A stretch of DNA of 64,000 bases, from assembly GCF_001194135.2 (NCBI RefSeq), contig NC_069000.1, positions 17,277,050 through 17,341,049 on the forward strand, in the 5' to 3' direction. The stretch comes from Octopus bimaculoides (taxonomy: Eukaryota). Positions 60,915 through 64,000 of the stretch are shown here, one piece after another. Position numbers and translations under genes: made by a program. The notes beneath the pieces were generated by a model, which saw only the letters and a list, made by a program, of their open reading frames with translations, did not search any database and was not told where the DNA came from. The stretch's first letter is position 1. Each line of letters opens with the position of its first letter.

Positions 60915-63744
60915 CTCTATGTGATTACTTGACTCGTTAGAAAGAGCAGCACAAGCCCCCTCAAATCACATTAAAAGAGCAAGGATACATAAGATATTCT
61001 GTTTTAAGTACACAATACTGGCGAAACAAAAAGACAGAATGATCACGTGCTGACCAAGAGTTAAACAACTCTCTAAATCCAGCAGTTTTCACAGTGTAGC
61101 TTGACTACCACTCATCTTAAGCTCTAGCAGTAATGATAAAGACTATGCTTTGCAGAAGAGGTTTAATACAACTAAAATATATCTAATATATATACCAAAG
61201 ATCACTCAATAATCACTGCATGCACCAATTCAATTTTTTAAATTCTGGAGTAGTCTCCCTTGCCATTTTAATCTGATGTTTTTTTTTTTTTTTTTTTTTT
61301 TTGATAGTTTCCTAGTCCTATCTTTACTTGTATACCTTTTAACTATCCTTTCCTGCAGACAAAGAAACCTTCAACCTAAACTAACAAGTACTTTCATTTC
61401 ACAACTACTTATGAAATTCAATATAAATAATTGCCACCTAAAGCCAAAAATTAAAATGATTTATAATTTCAATTTATATTTCACCCAGTTTTCAAACAAT
61501 AAAATACAAAACTTTTTGAAAGCAGCCTTTCTTAAGATCACAAAAGAGCTAGGTAACATGTTGCTACCTATATATATTAAAATCTAGCTCACAACTTACT
61601 AAATACACAAAGTTGCCTTAAATCTCAAAAATGAGGCTCAAATTCTTAACCTTAAAGCAAGATGTTATATATAATGTAGAAATACACAAAGAAATTAACA
61701 AAATAAATAAATAAGAGTACAAAAATTATTAATGGAAAAAATATTCAAACAGAAAGACAGACAGAATGTAAATAGATATATAGGTTGGCAGATAGCTAAA
61801 TAGAGATATATGGTGATATAGAAACAGATAAACAGATAGATACAGTATCGATAAATAGGTAGATAGAATGTTGATATATATATATATATATATATATANN
61901 NNNNNNNNNNNNNNNNNNNNNNNNNNNNNNNNNNNNNNNNNNNNNNNNNNNNNNNNNNNNNNNATATATACTATATACTATATATATATAGGTAAGTAGG
62001 TTGGTAGGTAGATAGCTAGATAGGTTTTGAGATACATAGGACAAGAGAGAGAGAGAATGAAGAGAAAGAGGGGAAAAGGAGTGGTGAAGTGGTCAGTGAT
62101 TGATATCTAAGCGAACACTGCCTGCTGATATTGTATTGACAACATGATCGCAGGCTGAAAATATATTCATTCAATATTATTCATGAAGCGTCCAACACCT
62201 ATCTTCTCCATCTTAGCTCATGAATAATAAAGAGCAATAGAAAAAGAGGACGATGATATTTATCAGAATATTGATGAATATTCCATATGTACGATCACAG
62301 CAATTTATTCATGGATATATTTCATGGTTCTACAACAGTAACCATTTAATTTGCTGACTAAGTTGACCCGTGCCATAAAATTGTTCTGACACTTGAAATC
62401 CATAGACAACCACATGGCTTCTTACCAATTATGACTGCAGTTGGCTTCCTTGTTCTTGACAGGCTTTGTAGCATTTGCAGGCATACATAACAATACGCCC
62501 TCACAATGTACTCTAGATTTGCAATTAAAGGTAAGGCCCGATTATACTCTATTCAGATTGTAACAGTTATGTATCTTTAAGTGGAATTAAAATTTCAAAT
62601 TCCTATTCCATCTCCTAAATTATTGACAGAATTGTCATACCATCAACATTTTATATCAGTTTTTCAATGCTAGCATGGGTTGAATGGGTCTCATTTAACA
62701 TATGCAACACCAAAGAAAACTAACCAAATTTAATGTATATATTTAAGTGCATTTAATGATGCTACTTCGCTAAAGAGGTTGTCTCATACAAGGAGGACAA
62801 AATGTCTCTCTATTATGAATCAGTTGTTATTGGGAGTTACTACCCTCCCTTATAGAGAAGTAGTTTGTGCTGCAGCTTGCAGAATCCATATCTCACCCAC
62901 ACATTCGTAGTTTTGGATGTCCTTTATATTATAAACCACTTTGCAGAGTGTATCCAGTGCATTTCATCATGCAACTAAAACTACAGTGGTTGCCCCTTGT
63001 AAGGAGAACTAAATAGCCCACACACTTCCACCAGCATCAGTTCTTAGTAAGAGCTACTACCTTCCTAAACAGTTACTCTGTGATACAGGTTGTTGAGTCC
63101 ACATGATATGTTTTGGTGATTTAGGGGAGAGGGATTGCTTAGTTATAGAATGAGGGAACAAGGAGGTGACTTGATGTGATTTTACATAACAGTTGTCTCT
63201 AATGCAGGTAGAGATAGTCAGGAGAATATGCAAAAGCATCAGGAGTGCTTGAGAAGGAGGCCGTCTTCTAAACTCTACATAGACCAGTATATTGAGGTAT
63301 GTGGTCTTCTGCTTAAGTAAGAAATCATCATCGTTATTATTGCTGTCAGGGAAGATAGATTTAGTATATACATACACACACACACACACACACACACTGG
63401 TCACACAGTGTAAAACCTAATATAGGAAGAGAGACTTGCTAACACAAATAAATAAACATGCCTTTCTTCATCATAGATATGGAGTCCTTTTCAACAAATA
63501 AAATTCTCAAATTAGATATAGTTGCACAACACCAGTGAAACAGGAAGCACATGTTCGTTCAGGAATCCTAATACATGCCCACTATACAAACTCTATCCTG
63601 CAATGAGTAAGCAAAAGTTTTATGAGGCAGATATTCTGCCATGGAAACCAAACTTGTACAAAATTTATATGACTATTTTATCATCAGGAGTGGCTGTGTG
63701 GTAAGTAGCTTGCTCACCAACCACATGGCTCCGGGTTCATATCT

Positions 63745-64000
63745 GCCATGACTACAATTTCTCTTGGTTTGATGGGTCTTCTGCTCAAGCACAGCATATT
63801 GCTGAAGGCTTCAGTCATTTGTCATTGCCTCTGTGAGGCCCAACACTCAAAATGTGTTTTTCATGTGCTACTGGCACACGTGCTAGTTACGTGACACCAA
63901 CATCAACCACATTGCCTCTATGAGGCCCAACGCTCAAAAGGCTCTTTTTATGTGCCACCAGCACTGGTGCCAGTTATGTGGCACCAGCATTGGCCATGAC
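63745..64000 (+). repeat. Dispersed repeat with an internal ~93-bp tandem duplication; related copy at about 4110-4290
   Basis: CATTGCCTCT.TGAGGCCCAAC.CTCAAAA occurs twice; TTGATGGGTCTTCT.CTCAAGCAC is shared with about 4228-4250. Confidence 0.65.

Overview
AT-rich, microsatellite-dense eukaryotic genomic DNA with N-gaps. The SINE, RTE and palindrome repeat families suggest an octopod cephalopod (inference, not verified). Two well-supported spliced genes were assembled by hand from splice signals and phase. (1) A 7-exon lachesin/IgLON-like protein with three Ig domains, a signal peptide and a probable GPI anchor, on + (1641-11511, 378 aa). (2) A class II POU (Oct-1/POU2F1/nubbin-type) transcription factor on - (stop 18792; seven firm exons up to 30504 and a probable first coding exon at 45578-45521; about 733 aa). 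Between them lies an unrecognised spliced ORF on - (15386-15954, possibly to 16137). The rest is transposon debris (RTE LINEs, tRNA-SINEs, mariner/Tc1, hAT, a Helentron-like piece) and simple repeats. The most unusual signals are a near-complete minimal type-I hammerhead ribozyme motif at 30126-30168, decayed hammerhead cores inside TA-flanked repeats (including a 61-bp perfect hairpin at 3704-3834), and four fold-back elements with TTAGGG-like motifs clustered in the first 3.5 kb. No CRISPR array, rRNA, functional tRNA or prokaryote-type system is supported.
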